Shown in pieces: positions 28,187 through 36,437 of a stretch of DNA of 64,000 nucleotides (positions are counted from its first letter, which is position 1; each line of letters starts with the position of its first letter). Made by a program: the position numbers and the translations under genes. The DNA comes from an uncultured Bacilli bacterium (lineage in GTDB: Bacteria > Bacillota_I > Bacilli_A > RF39 > UBA660): positions 942-64,941 of the forward strand of contig CAWVIV010000010.1 of NCBI GenBank assembly GCA_963929435.1, read 5' to 3'. A model generated the notes under the pieces. That model searched no databases, was not told the origin of the DNA, and was given only the letters and a program-made list of their open reading frames with translations.

Positions 28187-29472
28187 TTTATATATATTTT
28201 TTGTATAAAATAATCATTTAAAAAGTTTTGTTCAGATTTTAACCATTTTGTTTTTGATAATACTTTATTTGCATAATATAAGCCTTTACCATGTTCTCCT
28301 ACTTTGGTAGTAAACCCTATTTTTTTCATATTTTTAATAGGAATAAAATCTTTATATGTATTCGATATTGTAAATATTATTACTTTATTTATTTCATAAA
28401 TTTCTAATGTTACAGTTTTTTTCTTAGACTCTTCAGCAGAATCTAACGCATTATCAATATATATTCCTAAAACGATACATAATTGTCGCAATTGATCTTC
28501 TGTTAGTTGTTTTAATAGTGTATTAACTTTGTGGCTTATTTCTATTATCATTTTAACTTTCTTATTTTTAGCTAATGCTATCTTATAGTATAATAATCCT
28601 TTAAGTCCTCCTTTGGGAATATATTTTAGTAACTCTATATATTCATCATCGATATTTATATTCATACTTAACATATCATCTATTTTATTAATTATTTTCT
28701 TATTATTTGTCATATTTCTGATAATTGATAAGTTATTTTTTAATTCATGTCTATACATTTGTTCATTATCTATCCAATTTTCAAATGTTTGGACATAATC
28801 AAACAATACATCATACTTATCTTTTAATCTACCGTAATTATTTAATTCTGATATATAAAAATAATACAAAATAAAAAGAAAGAAAATACTCAAAATAGTT
28901 ATTATATAATATGTATTTAATTTAAATATTTCTGTAATATTAAAAAATGCTATTATGATTGTAAATAAGCATATTACTACAAAAGTAATAATATTATAAT
29001 TAGGAGTTTTTTCTATTTTTTTGTATAAATAATTAATCTTATTTTTGATACCTGGTATCATTGAAATTAAAAAGGCTATACATCCTATTAAAATAGTATT
29101 TATAATAACTATATAGTTAATTGTTCTTAATTCTTCATAGGTTAAAAATAATGAATTTATAGTTGCAATTATTATGTCTACAACTCCTATTAAAATCATT
29201 CCATAACTGCAAATATAAATAGATGATAATAAACTAATTTTAAAGTAGTTTCTAAATAGCATAATTGCTAAAATATAGGTTATTAAAGAAGTGAACATGT
29301 TGTACTTTGTTCTGTAAAAAAACAAAGTTGGAATGGATAAAACCAAAACTATTAAAACTGTTTGTATTGTTATTTTATGTTTTAATTTCAGACTTTTTTG
29401 CACAATAAGTAATAAAACTATTTCTAAAAATATTGTCCCTATAAATTTAGCTATTATTAGTGACATACTCAA
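28183..29472 (-). CDS. AgrC-like sensor histidine kinase (multi-TM sensor plus GHKL ATPase)
   Basis: 429 aa, of which about 200 aa is a polytopic N-terminus. It then has YRHELKNNLSIIRNM (H-box region) and a C-terminal ATPase with GFTTKVGEHGKGLYYA. It overlaps the LytTR regulator gene. Confidence 0.8.
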   Translation of the reverse strand: MSMSLIIAKFIGTIFLEIVLLLIVQKSLKLKHKITIQTVLIVLVLSIPTLFFYRTKYNMFTSLITYILAIMLFRNYFKISLLSSIYICSYGMILIGVVDIIIATINSLFLTYEELRTINYIVIINTILIGCIAFLISMIPGIKNKINYLYKKIEKTPNYNIITFVVICLFTIIIAFFNITEIFKLNTYYIITILSIFFLFILYYFYISELNNYGRLKDKYDVLFDYVQTFENWIDNEQMYRHELKNNLSIIRNMTNNKKIINKIDDMLSMNINIDDEYIELLKYIPKGGLKGLLYYKIALAKNKKVKMIIEISHKVNTLLKQLTEDQLRQLCIVLGIYIDNALDSAEESKKKTVTLEIYEINKVIIFTISNTYKDFIPIKNMKKIGFTTKVGEHGKGLYYANKVLSKTKWLKSEQNFLNDYFIQKIYIK

Positions 29473-30178
29473 TCAACTCCTTCTTACCTGCTCTTGATAT
29501 TAGGTTAGTAGTAACACCATTATCAAATAGCACTTCATTTTCTTTAATATCATAACTTCTTATTTTATCGGTATTTAAAATTAGACTCTTATGTACTTTT
29601 AAGAATCTCTTATCTAATTCTTTTGATATTGCACTTAATGTATATGGAGCTTTAAATGTTCCATAATCTGTATGAATTATACATCTTTTACTATCTTGTT
29701 CTTTTTCAATATAGATAATATTCTTTAATGCTATCTTATATAAAGTATAGTTATACTCATAACTAAGACACTTTTCTCTACTGCTAAATTGTTTGTAAAT
29801 TATCTTTAGAGTTTCATTTAACTTTGTTTTACAATTATCAAATTTACTTATAAAGTCTAATAGATATAACCTATTAGATAATGCTTCATATCTATATTCG
29901 GCAAAAGCAGTTACGATTATGATAATAGAATTCCAATCATCTAGTTCTTCTCTTATAAATCTAGCAGCATCTAGACCAGAACCATTCTTCGTCTTAATAT
30001 CAAAGAAATAGACTTTAAAGCCCATCTCTTTTCTAGCAAGAGCTTCAAAATCTTCTTCATAACTCTCACATTCATATTTCTTATAATCGATATCATAGTT
30101 CATCATAAACTTATCAATCTCACCTTTGATTAAATCTCTAAATTCCTTTTCATCATCACATATAATAAAATTTAACAC
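29447..30178 (-). CDS. LytTR-family response regulator (AgrA-like)
   Basis: Receiver domain (MLNFIICDDE..) plus a C-terminal LytTR-type domain (..IIYIEKEQDSKRCIIHTDYGTFKAPYTLSAISKEL..FLKVHKSLILN). Confidence 0.8.
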   Translation of the reverse strand: MLNFIICDDEKEFRDLIKGEIDKFMMNYDIDYKKYECESYEEDFEALARKEMGFKVYFFDIKTKNGSGLDAARFIREELDDWNSIIIIVTAFAEYRYEALSNRLYLLDFISKFDNCKTKLNETLKIIYKQFSSREKCLSYEYNYTLYKIALKNIIYIEKEQDSKRCIIHTDYGTFKAPYTLSAISKELDKRFLKVHKSLILNTDKIRSYDIKENEVLFDNGVTTNLISRAGKKELIEYVTNNS

Positions 30179-30264
30179 TACTACCTCCTCCTTTTATACT
30201 GCACACCTTTAAATTTTACCATATATTTCCAGTTTATAGGAATTTTGTCAAAAAAAAATAGTAG

Positions 30265-31389
30265 CTATTTAGCCCTATTTTTATTTTTTTTAGATTTAGG
30301 TTCTTTTTTAATAACTTCGCCTACTTTTTCGATTATATTATCTGTTACTTCTTTGTTCTTTTTAGAGATAACTGTTGTTCTTAAAACGAACCATACAACG
30401 ATGATAAATATTATTATATATAATATTTTACCCATGAAAGGGTCTTTTAGGGAATAGAAAATTGAAGCAAAGGCGAATAAGATATTAAAACCATAGATAA
30501 TTAAGACTGTAGTTCTTTGTGAAAAGTTCATTCCCAATAATTGATGATGGATATGTTCTTTATCAGGAGAGAATGGTGCTTGATGTTTTAATAGTCTTCT
30601 AATGATGGCGAATAGTGTATCTAGTATAGGTATTCCTAAAATCATTAAGGGAACAAATAAACTAGTTAAAGCTGGTCCTTTAAACTCTAAAAGAGTAATT
30701 ACTGCTATCATAAAGCCTAAGTACATGGCACAGTCACCACAGAATATTTTAGCAGGATAGAAGTTATGAAGTAAAAATCCTAATGTTGCTCCTAACATTA
30801 TAAATGTTAATATCATAACTAAACTACCACTACGTCCTTGGAAAAATCCTATAATACCTATTGTTAAGAAGAAGATGCTACTAATTCCTCCACTTAAGCC
30901 ATCTAAGCCATCGATTAAGTTTATTATATTTACACATGCTACTACAAAGAGAATTGTTAAAGGATAGGAGAACCATCCAAAGTTAATAGTATAACCAAAG
31001 GCCGTTATGTTATTTAATAGGAATCCTCCATAAAATACTAGGATAGAGGCTGCTATTATTTGGCCAATTAATTTTGTCCTTGCACGAATAGATTTTATAT
31101 CATCGGCAATACCAGTTAATATTATGATAAAACTTCCTATTAAGATAGAATTCATCTGAACACTTTCTGTTCCAAATAACATATAACCTATTAGGAAAGC
31201 TAAAAATATGCCAACTCCTCCTAATTTAGGGGTAGCTTTAGTATGAATATGTCTATGTCCTTCATCACTTCTTGGTATATCCATTGCTCCTATATGTTTG
31301 GCTATTCTTTTCATAAAGGGCATTATTAAAGCAGAGCATAAAAACGTTGTTATAACTATTTTTAGAGTCTCTATTATTTGTTGATTCAT
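30265..31389 (-). CDS. tagO: Glycosyltransferase family 4 (MraY/WecA/TagO-like undecaprenyl-phosphate sugar-1-phosphate transferase)
   Basis: 374-aa polytopic protein with NLIDGLDGLSGG and DIPRSDEGHRHIHTKATPKLGG. Confidence 0.75.
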   Translation of the reverse strand: MNQQIIETLKIVITTFLCSALIMPFMKRIAKHIGAMDIPRSDEGHRHIHTKATPKLGGVGIFLAFLIGYMLFGTESVQMNSILIGSFIIILTGIADDIKSIRARTKLIGQIIAASILVFYGGFLLNNITAFGYTINFGWFSYPLTILFVVACVNIINLIDGLDGLSGGISSIFFLTIGIIGFFQGRSGSLVMILTFIMLGATLGFLLHNFYPAKIFCGDCAMYLGFMIAVITLLEFKGPALTSLFVPLMILGIPILDTLFAIIRRLLKHQAPFSPDKEHIHHQLLGMNFSQRTTVLIIYGFNILFAFASIFYSLKDPFMGKILYIIIFIIVVWFVLRTTVISKKNKEVTDNIIEKVGEVIKKEPKSKKNKNRAK

Positions 31390-31465
31390 AGTTTTTCCTC
31401 TTTTCTAAAATAATTATAACAAGTGGAATAGATTTTTACAATAAAAGAAAAACAACTTAATATTT

Positions 31466-32461
31466 TTAGTTGCTATCTTCTAATAATCTAATGTTATCTA
31501 AAAGCACTCCTGTCCCTTCTACTACACAAGTTAGAGGACTATCTGCAATTAGAACTGGAACTTTTAATTCTTTCTTTAAGACTTCATTAAGTCCTTTAAG
31601 CATAGAACCTCCTCCAGTTAATATTATACCTTTATCCACAATATCTGCGGATAACTCTGGTGGTGTTTGTTCTAAGACATTAGTCGCTGCTTTAACAATT
31701 TTATAAATAGATTCATGTAAAGCTTCTTCTGTTTCTTGTTCATTTATTTCAATAGTATTAGGTAAACCTGTTACTAAGTCTCTTCCTCTTACTTCAATTT
31801 TGTTCTTTTTATCAGGTTCATATAGGTTTGCAAATTCTATTTTTATATCTTCTGCTGTTCTTTCTCCTATTAATAATTTATATTTTTCTTTAATGTATTT
31901 AACAATATCTTGGTCAAAAACGTTACCTGCTATGCGAACTGAGGCACTATTTACGATATCATTTAATGAAAGTATGGCAATATCAGTAGTACCTCCTCCA
32001 ATATCTATTACCATGTTAGCACTAGGCTTAGATATATCCATACCTGCTCCTATAGCTGCTACTTTAGGCTCTTCTTCTAAAAATACTTTTCTAGCACCAG
32101 TTCTCTCAGCTGCTTCTTTAATAGCATTTTTTTCAACAGGAGTTACATTAGTAGGACAACATATCAATATTCTAGGTCTTGATAAAAAGTTCCTAGCATG
32201 GATTTTTCTTATAAAATAGTCTAACATTATTTCGGTAATCTCAAAATCAGCGATTACGCCATCTTTCATAGGCTTAATAGCTTTTACTTTCTCAGGAGTT
32301 CTACCTAGCATTTCACTTGCTTCTTTACCTACTGCTACTACTTTTTTATTATCAGTATCAATAGCGACTACACTAGGTTCATTTAAAACTATTCCTTGTC
32401 CTTTAATATAAATTAATACATTTGCAGTTCCTAAATCTATACCAATATCTTTTGATAACAT
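31466..32461 (-). CDS. mreB: Rod-shape determining actin homologue MreB/Mbl
   Basis: Has DIGIDLGTANVLIY, VIDIGGGTTDIA and ILTGGGSMLKGL. Confidence 0.9.
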   Translation of the reverse strand: MLSKDIGIDLGTANVLIYIKGQGIVLNEPSVVAIDTDNKKVVAVGKEASEMLGRTPEKVKAIKPMKDGVIADFEITEIMLDYFIRKIHARNFLSRPRILICCPTNVTPVEKNAIKEAAERTGARKVFLEEEPKVAAIGAGMDISKPSANMVIDIGGGTTDIAILSLNDIVNSASVRIAGNVFDQDIVKYIKEKYKLLIGERTAEDIKIEFANLYEPDKKNKIEVRGRDLVTGLPNTIEINEQETEEALHESIYKIVKAATNVLEQTPPELSADIVDKGIILTGGGSMLKGLNEVLKKELKVPVLIADSPLTCVVEGTGVLLDNIRLLEDSN

Positions 32462-32541
32462 TCTATCACGTCCTTTTACTGTTAATATTTTAGCAGAAAT
32501 ATATTATAATGTAAATTATTTTCTTAGAAAAAAAACGGCAT

Positions 32542-33255
32542 TTACTCCGTTTCTTCATTAGTGTTACTATTATCGCTTGTATCTTCAGTAGTGGTATTAT
32601 CAGAAGTACTTTTTTCAGTAGTATCACTAATTACTTGATCAAAGTATTTGCTAGGGTCTACTACTTCACCTGATTTGTAAAGTTCAAAATGTAAATGGTT
32701 TCCTAAATCTTGATCAATTGTATTTGTTCCACTTTTACCTATTACTTGTCCTTGTTTAACTGTATCGTTCTTTTTAACTGATACTTCACTTAGACTTTGA
32801 TAACTACTAATGAAGTCATTATCATGCTTTATTTCTACAACTGTTCCAAGAAGTTCATCTTCTCTTACATCTACTACTGTTCCATCTAAAACTGATACTA
32901 CATCAAAGGTATTTTCTAGTCCAAAGTCCATACCAGAGTTTTGAATGTAAGTGTTTTCGTGATAAAGAATTGATTTTTCTTGGCTGTCGGCATTAGCTTG
33001 ATAATCATAGAAGTATTTAAGAACTTGGACATTTTCATCTGTATATGGCTTTACCATTTTAACGTCCTCTTTAATTACTTCTCTATCCTTTTCATCATCA
33101 TCAATTATAGATGAATTAACATATTCTATGTCTTCTTCAGTAGGATTATTCGCTTGCATATTTTGACTTACATAGAAAGCACTCATTCCTGTTAGTGAGA
33201 AAGCAATTAGGTATGCTCCGATAATAGCTCCTTTTTTTAATCTTAATTTTTTCAT
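32542..33255 (-). CDS. Membrane-anchored LytM/M23-domain protein with a partly degenerate active site (SpoIIQ-like)
   Basis: N-terminal TM segment. The HxxxD motif is replaced by NSGMDF, while HLHFE is retained. It lies in the murA/mreB/spoIIR neighbourhood. Confidence 0.5.
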   Translation of the reverse strand: MKKLRLKKGAIIGAYLIAFSLTGMSAFYVSQNMQANNPTEEDIEYVNSSIIDDDEKDREVIKEDVKMVKPYTDENVQVLKYFYDYQANADSQEKSILYHENTYIQNSGMDFGLENTFDVVSVLDGTVVDVREDELLGTVVEIKHDNDFISSYQSLSEVSVKKNDTVKQGQVIGKSGTNTIDQDLGNHLHFELYKSGEVVDPSKYFDQVISDTTEKSTSDNTTTEDTSDNSNTNEETE

Positions 33256-33316
33256 TAACATCACCTCATTAAGAGTTTTAACGAAAATCTTAAAATTATA
33301 CTTTAAATTTTAATTT

Positions 33317-33514
33317 TTAAACAATTATAGCAGATTCATATAAGTCATAGATACAGTTTGTTACTAGGTAGATTAAGGAAATTGCTAAAAAGAAATAAAA
33401 TACTCTTGCTTGCCAAATTTTATTTTTTTTTAAAATAGCATTTATGTTAATGGAATCTAAACTCCAAATAACAATAATTGTTACGATAAAATATAAAAAG
33501 TATTTAACGCTCAT
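33317..33514 (-). CDS. Small two-TM membrane protein (DUF1146/YwzB-like)
   Basis: 65 aa. Both the pattern and the genomic position fit DUF1146. Confidence 0.45.
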   Translation of the reverse strand: MSVKYFLYFIVTIIVIWSLDSININAILKKNKIWQARVFYFFLAISLIYLVTNCIYDLYESAIIV

Positions 33515-33950
33515 TTCCTACCTCGTATTCTTTTATTTCATTTATTCTTCTAATATGTCTTTCTTGATTTGAAAATGGAGTTGTTATAAAGGTAATAATT
33601 AGGTTATATGCTGTATCTACTGACATATTTTCATTTAAGCAGATGATATTAGCATCATTATCTCCTCTTGTTTCTATTACATCTTCTAGTGATAAAACTC
33701 TAGCGGCACGCACTCCTTTTACTTTATTGCAGGCAATAGATATTCCGATACCGCTACCACAGATAGCAATACCAAAATCTATTTCTTTATTAGCAAGAGC
33801 TTCTCCTAATTTAAATGCATATAAAGGATAATCTACATTTTCTGTTCCTTTAGCGCCATAATCTATTACTTCGTAATCTTTTTTTAATTTTTCTAAAAGT
33901 TCTACTTTTAATTTATAACCTCTATGGTCATTAGTTATTCCTAATCTCAT
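33504..33950 (-). CDS. rpiB: Ribose-5-phosphate isomerase B
   Basis: Has GIAICGSGIGISIACNKVKGVRAA and RHIRRI. Confidence 0.85.
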   Translation of the reverse strand: MRLGITNDHRGYKLKVELLEKLKKDYEVIDYGAKGTENVDYPLYAFKLGEALANKEIDFGIAICGSGIGISIACNKVKGVRAARVLSLEDVIETRGDNDANIICLNENMSVDTAYNLIITFITTPFSNQERHIRRINEIKEYEVGNER

Positions 33951-34002
33951 ATTCTCCTCTTTTCTATTATTGTGGATTTAAACACTTATATTATAACATA
34001 AC

Positions 34003-34031
34003 ATAAAAGAAAAAAGCAGTAGGCACTGCTT
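34003..34031 (-). terminator. Intrinsic terminator after rpmE
   Basis: On the minus strand, stem AAGCAGT / ACTGCTT is followed by TTTTTTCTTTT. Confidence 0.65.
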
Positions 34032-34036
34032 ATTCT

Positions 34037-34246
34037 CTAATCTTTTTTATTAAAACCATATTTCTTATTAAACTTCTCTACTTGTCCTGCTTTAGATGCT
34101 CTTCCTTGTTTTCCTGTATAGAATGGATGACAATTTGAACATACTTCAACATTTATTTCATCTTTATTAGACATTACTTCAAATGTTGCACCACAAGCAC
34201 ATGTTACTTTACATGGTCTATAGTTTGCTGGATTATTTTTTGCCAT
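34037..34246 (-). CDS. rpmE: 50S ribosomal protein L31 (zinc-binding type)
   Basis: MAKNNPANYRPCKVTCACGATFEV...CSNCHPFYTGKQ. The start at ATG 34246 follows an AGGAGAG RBS. Confidence 0.9.
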   Translation of the reverse strand: MAKNNPANYRPCKVTCACGATFEVMSNKDEINVEVCSNCHPFYTGKQGRASKAGQVEKFNKKYGFNKKD

Positions 34247-34320
34247 TTTTCTTCTCTCCTTTCGCCATGATAATTTATTTATCATAGAAATTATCCCCTT
34301 AAGGAACTAATTCGCTACTT

Positions 34321-34349
34321 AATATATCAAATTATTTAAGATTTGACAA
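34321..34349 (-). promoter_or_regulatory. Putative rpmE promoter (TTGTCA - 17 nt - TGaTATATT)
   Basis: Read on the minus strand. It has an extended -10. Confidence 0.4.
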
Positions 34350-34433
34350 GGTTTTTAACAGATTTTCATACCTAAAAATCAAATCTAAAGTAGTATTTAC
34401 GAAAATTCGTAACTAATTTATTACATTTTTATC

Positions 34434-34462
34434 TTGCTATCTAGAAGTCAATATGATACTAT
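34434..34462 (+). promoter_or_regulatory. Putative promoter of the small-peptide (toxin-like) transcript (TTGCTA - 17 nt - TGaTACTAT)
   Basis: Hexamers at 34434-34439 and 34457-34462, with TG at -15/-14. Confidence 0.45.
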
Positions 34463-34491
34463 TAACTTAGGAACATTTGATGTGAGTGTCG

Positions 34492-34516
34492 CCTCCATTC
34501 CATTAAGGAAAGGAGG
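34492..34516 (+). promoter_or_regulatory. Shine-Dalgarno-sequestering hairpin in the leader of the small ORF
   Basis: CCTCCATTCC (34492-34501) pairs 9/10 with GGAAAGGAGG (34507-34516) across a 5-nt loop. The second arm is the RBS of the ATG at 34524. Confidence 0.5.
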
Positions 34517-34523
34517 AAAAGGT

Positions 34524-34619
34524 ATGAAGACAAAGACTTTTATCTTCAAAGTACTGAGGCTCATCCCTTCTATTTTGATTAGCCTTGCCTTCTTGGTACT
34601 AGTTTTAAAAATAGATTAG
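34524..34619 (+). CDS. 31-aa hydrophobic peptide, candidate type I toxin
   Basis: MKTKTFIFKVLRLIPSILISLAFLVLVLKID, with an AAGGAGG RBS 7 nt upstream. It has one predicted TM helix, a basic N-terminus and a short polar tail. Confidence 0.45.
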   Translation: MKTKTFIFKVLRLIPSILISLAFLVLVLKID

Positions 34620-34721
34620 ACACTCTGCATAAGAGTGTCAACTATTCATTAATTATGAGGTGACATTCACTTGCAAAATCGAATGTTCCTCATTTTTTAT
34701 TGTATGTAAATTTCTTTTTAC
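34600..34721 (-). ncRNA. Candidate cis-antisense sRNA (antitoxin) overlapping the 3' end of the small-peptide mRNA; ends approximate
   Basis: It would start about 7 nt downstream of the minus-strand promoter, pass through both hairpins and reach GACACTCTTATGCAGAGTGTC followed by TAATCTATTTTT. Confidence 0.35.
34657..34699 (+). terminator. Intrinsic terminator of the small-peptide transcript
   Basis: GAGGTGACATTC ... GAATGTTCCTC (10 bp with an internal mismatch) is followed by ATTTTTTATT. Confidence 0.6.
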
Positions 34722-34727
34722 ATATAC

Positions 34728-34756
34728 ATCTTATCACATAAGTATCTTTTTAGCAA
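34728..34756 (-). promoter_or_regulatory. Putative antisense promoter (TTGCTA - 17 nt - TGaTAAGAT)
   Basis: Minus-strand hexamers at 34756-34751 and 34733-34728. The architecture matches that of the sense promoter. Confidence 0.4.
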
Positions 34757-34830
34757 GAGTGTTTTTATATTACAAATACTACCTTAAATAATATTAAAAT
34801 ATAGGAACAAAATTATAGTTCCTATATTTA

Positions 34831-35571
34831 TTATTTAAAAGATTTTTGAGTATCAGATTCATAAGAAATAGATTCTTTTAATGATTCTGGTAAAACGGCT
34901 AATCTTTCTTTAATAAGCTTTTCTCTTTCTATTTTTCTTTCCTGCATAGCAGTTTCATATCTTCTTTCTTCTTCTAATGTTTCATCAAAGTTAACACCAT
35001 GAATTACACCCGTTGCTTCATATCTTTCTGCTTCTTCATAAGTTAATCCACAAAAACTAGCAAAGCTTTCATCATCAAGTAATGAATGTTCTCTAGAAGA
35101 TAAAAGTGGTAATTCATTAGGACTTATTGTTCCTTTGCTATTAGTTTCAAGGCTTGTTGATAAGTCACCTGTAGTTAAACTTTCTACGAATGTACCATAA
35201 TGATTAAATTTTACACTCTTATTTAAATATGGAGACACACAAGTTATTGTCATGTCACTTTTTTCTCCATTAATAGCACATAATAACTCTTTGTCTTTAC
35301 GATACATAAGTGAAAATTTATCATTACTATGTGTTTTTGGCAAGTTTAATTTTCTGAAGCTTAATGCAGTTACCATACTAGCTATAGCTTCGTCATGACT
35401 TAACTTACCAAGCTCATAATTTACTCCCTCTTTTATTTGCTTTAAATATTGGCTTAAAAGAAAAAATTCTCTTTCTTTTTCTGATAAGCTTTTGTAATGA
35501 GCTGCAAGCCCCTTACTTTTTAAATCGGCAACTATTTCTTTTGTAAATGTTTCAAAATATCCATTATTCAT
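34831..35571 (-). CDS. Hypothetical protein
   Basis: Uninterrupted ORF with start ATG 35571 after GGGGGA. A terminator hairpin ATAGGAAC/GTTCCTAT lies at about 34801-34826. No family recognised. Confidence 0.55.
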   Translation of the reverse strand: MNNGYFETFTKEIVADLKSKGLAAHYKSLSEKEREFFLLSQYLKQIKEGVNYELGKLSHDEAIASMVTALSFRKLNLPKTHSNDKFSLMYRKDKELLCAINGEKSDMTITCVSPYLNKSVKFNHYGTFVESLTTGDLSTSLETNSKGTISPNELPLLSSREHSLLDDESFASFCGLTYEEAERYEATGVIHGVNFDETLEEERRYETAMQERKIEREKLIKERLAVLPESLKESISYESDTQKSFK

Positions 35572-35646
35572 TTTTAATTCCCCCTTCAATGAATATGAGC
35601 ATATTATATCATTTTTTTATTATTTGTCAAGCTTTCTCAAATTTTC

Positions 35647-36369
35647 CTATAGATAATTATCTATTATTTTTGTTGCAATCATTTGATAAGCTTCTGTTGT
35701 TGGATATATGTTAGTAGGATTATTTATATAGTCTTTATTTCTCTTAAATAGATTATAGATATCTAAATATTCTATATCATAAGTTTTACAAAGACTTTTA
35801 GTTTTTGTTATTAAATAAGTATAGAGTCTTTCTGTTGTTAATGTTTCCTCTTCTAGAGGATTATAAAATCCTATAAAGATTATATCTTCTTTAGCATATT
35901 TTCTTAACTCTTTAAAAAGAGCAGCTAACTCTTCAATAGTTTTATCTACTATAGTAGTTATTTCTTTGTTAGAGAGGTTTTCCACACTAACTGTGGATAA
36001 AGTTAAATTTGTTAGAATATCATCCATTCCTACTGATAAGGTTACTAAATCAGCTTCACGGAGACATTTTTTTAAAGATAAAGATTTACCATCTTTTTTT
36101 ATAGTCCAATTTGTTTCTAATTTATTTTTTAAATCTACTATTCTTGTGCCACTTGTAGAAAAATAGTTATTATAGCTTTTTAGTAAGTCTTTATCTTTAA
36201 GATAATTAGATAGATAGTTACTATAACCATAGTTAGTGTTACCATTGGAGTCTATTCCAACACTTAAAGAATCTCCTATCGATATATATGTTATCTTATC
36301 AGTATGATTAAAGTAATAGATTGTATATACTAAAAGGCAGATGATTAAAAGACAAAGTATTTTTTTCAT
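35647..36369 (-). CDS. Secreted or membrane-anchored SGNH/GDSL hydrolase
   Basis: N-terminal hydrophobic signal, then YISIGDSLSVG (GDSL block I) and later GMDD and YPTTEAYQ blocks. Confidence 0.7.
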   Translation of the reverse strand: MKKILCLLIICLLVYTIYYFNHTDKITYISIGDSLSVGIDSNGNTNYGYSNYLSNYLKDKDLLKSYNNYFSTSGTRIVDLKNKLETNWTIKKDGKSLSLKKCLREADLVTLSVGMDDILTNLTLSTVSVENLSNKEITTIVDKTIEELAALFKELRKYAKEDIIFIGFYNPLEEETLTTERLYTYLITKTKSLCKTYDIEYLDIYNLFKRNKDYINNPTNIYPTTEAYQMIATKIIDNYL

Positions 36370-36437
36370 TTTTACCTCCCAAAAAAGACTAGAGTCATAT
36401 ATTATAATTATATTTCTCTAGTCTCTTTTTAATGCTT

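Noticed and set aside
34434-34619. The 61-aa ORF as listed in the track.
   Set aside because: Its first 30 codons cover the predicted promoter and leader and have no RBS. The internal ATG at 34524 has a strong AAGGAGG RBS, so only the 31-aa version is proposed.
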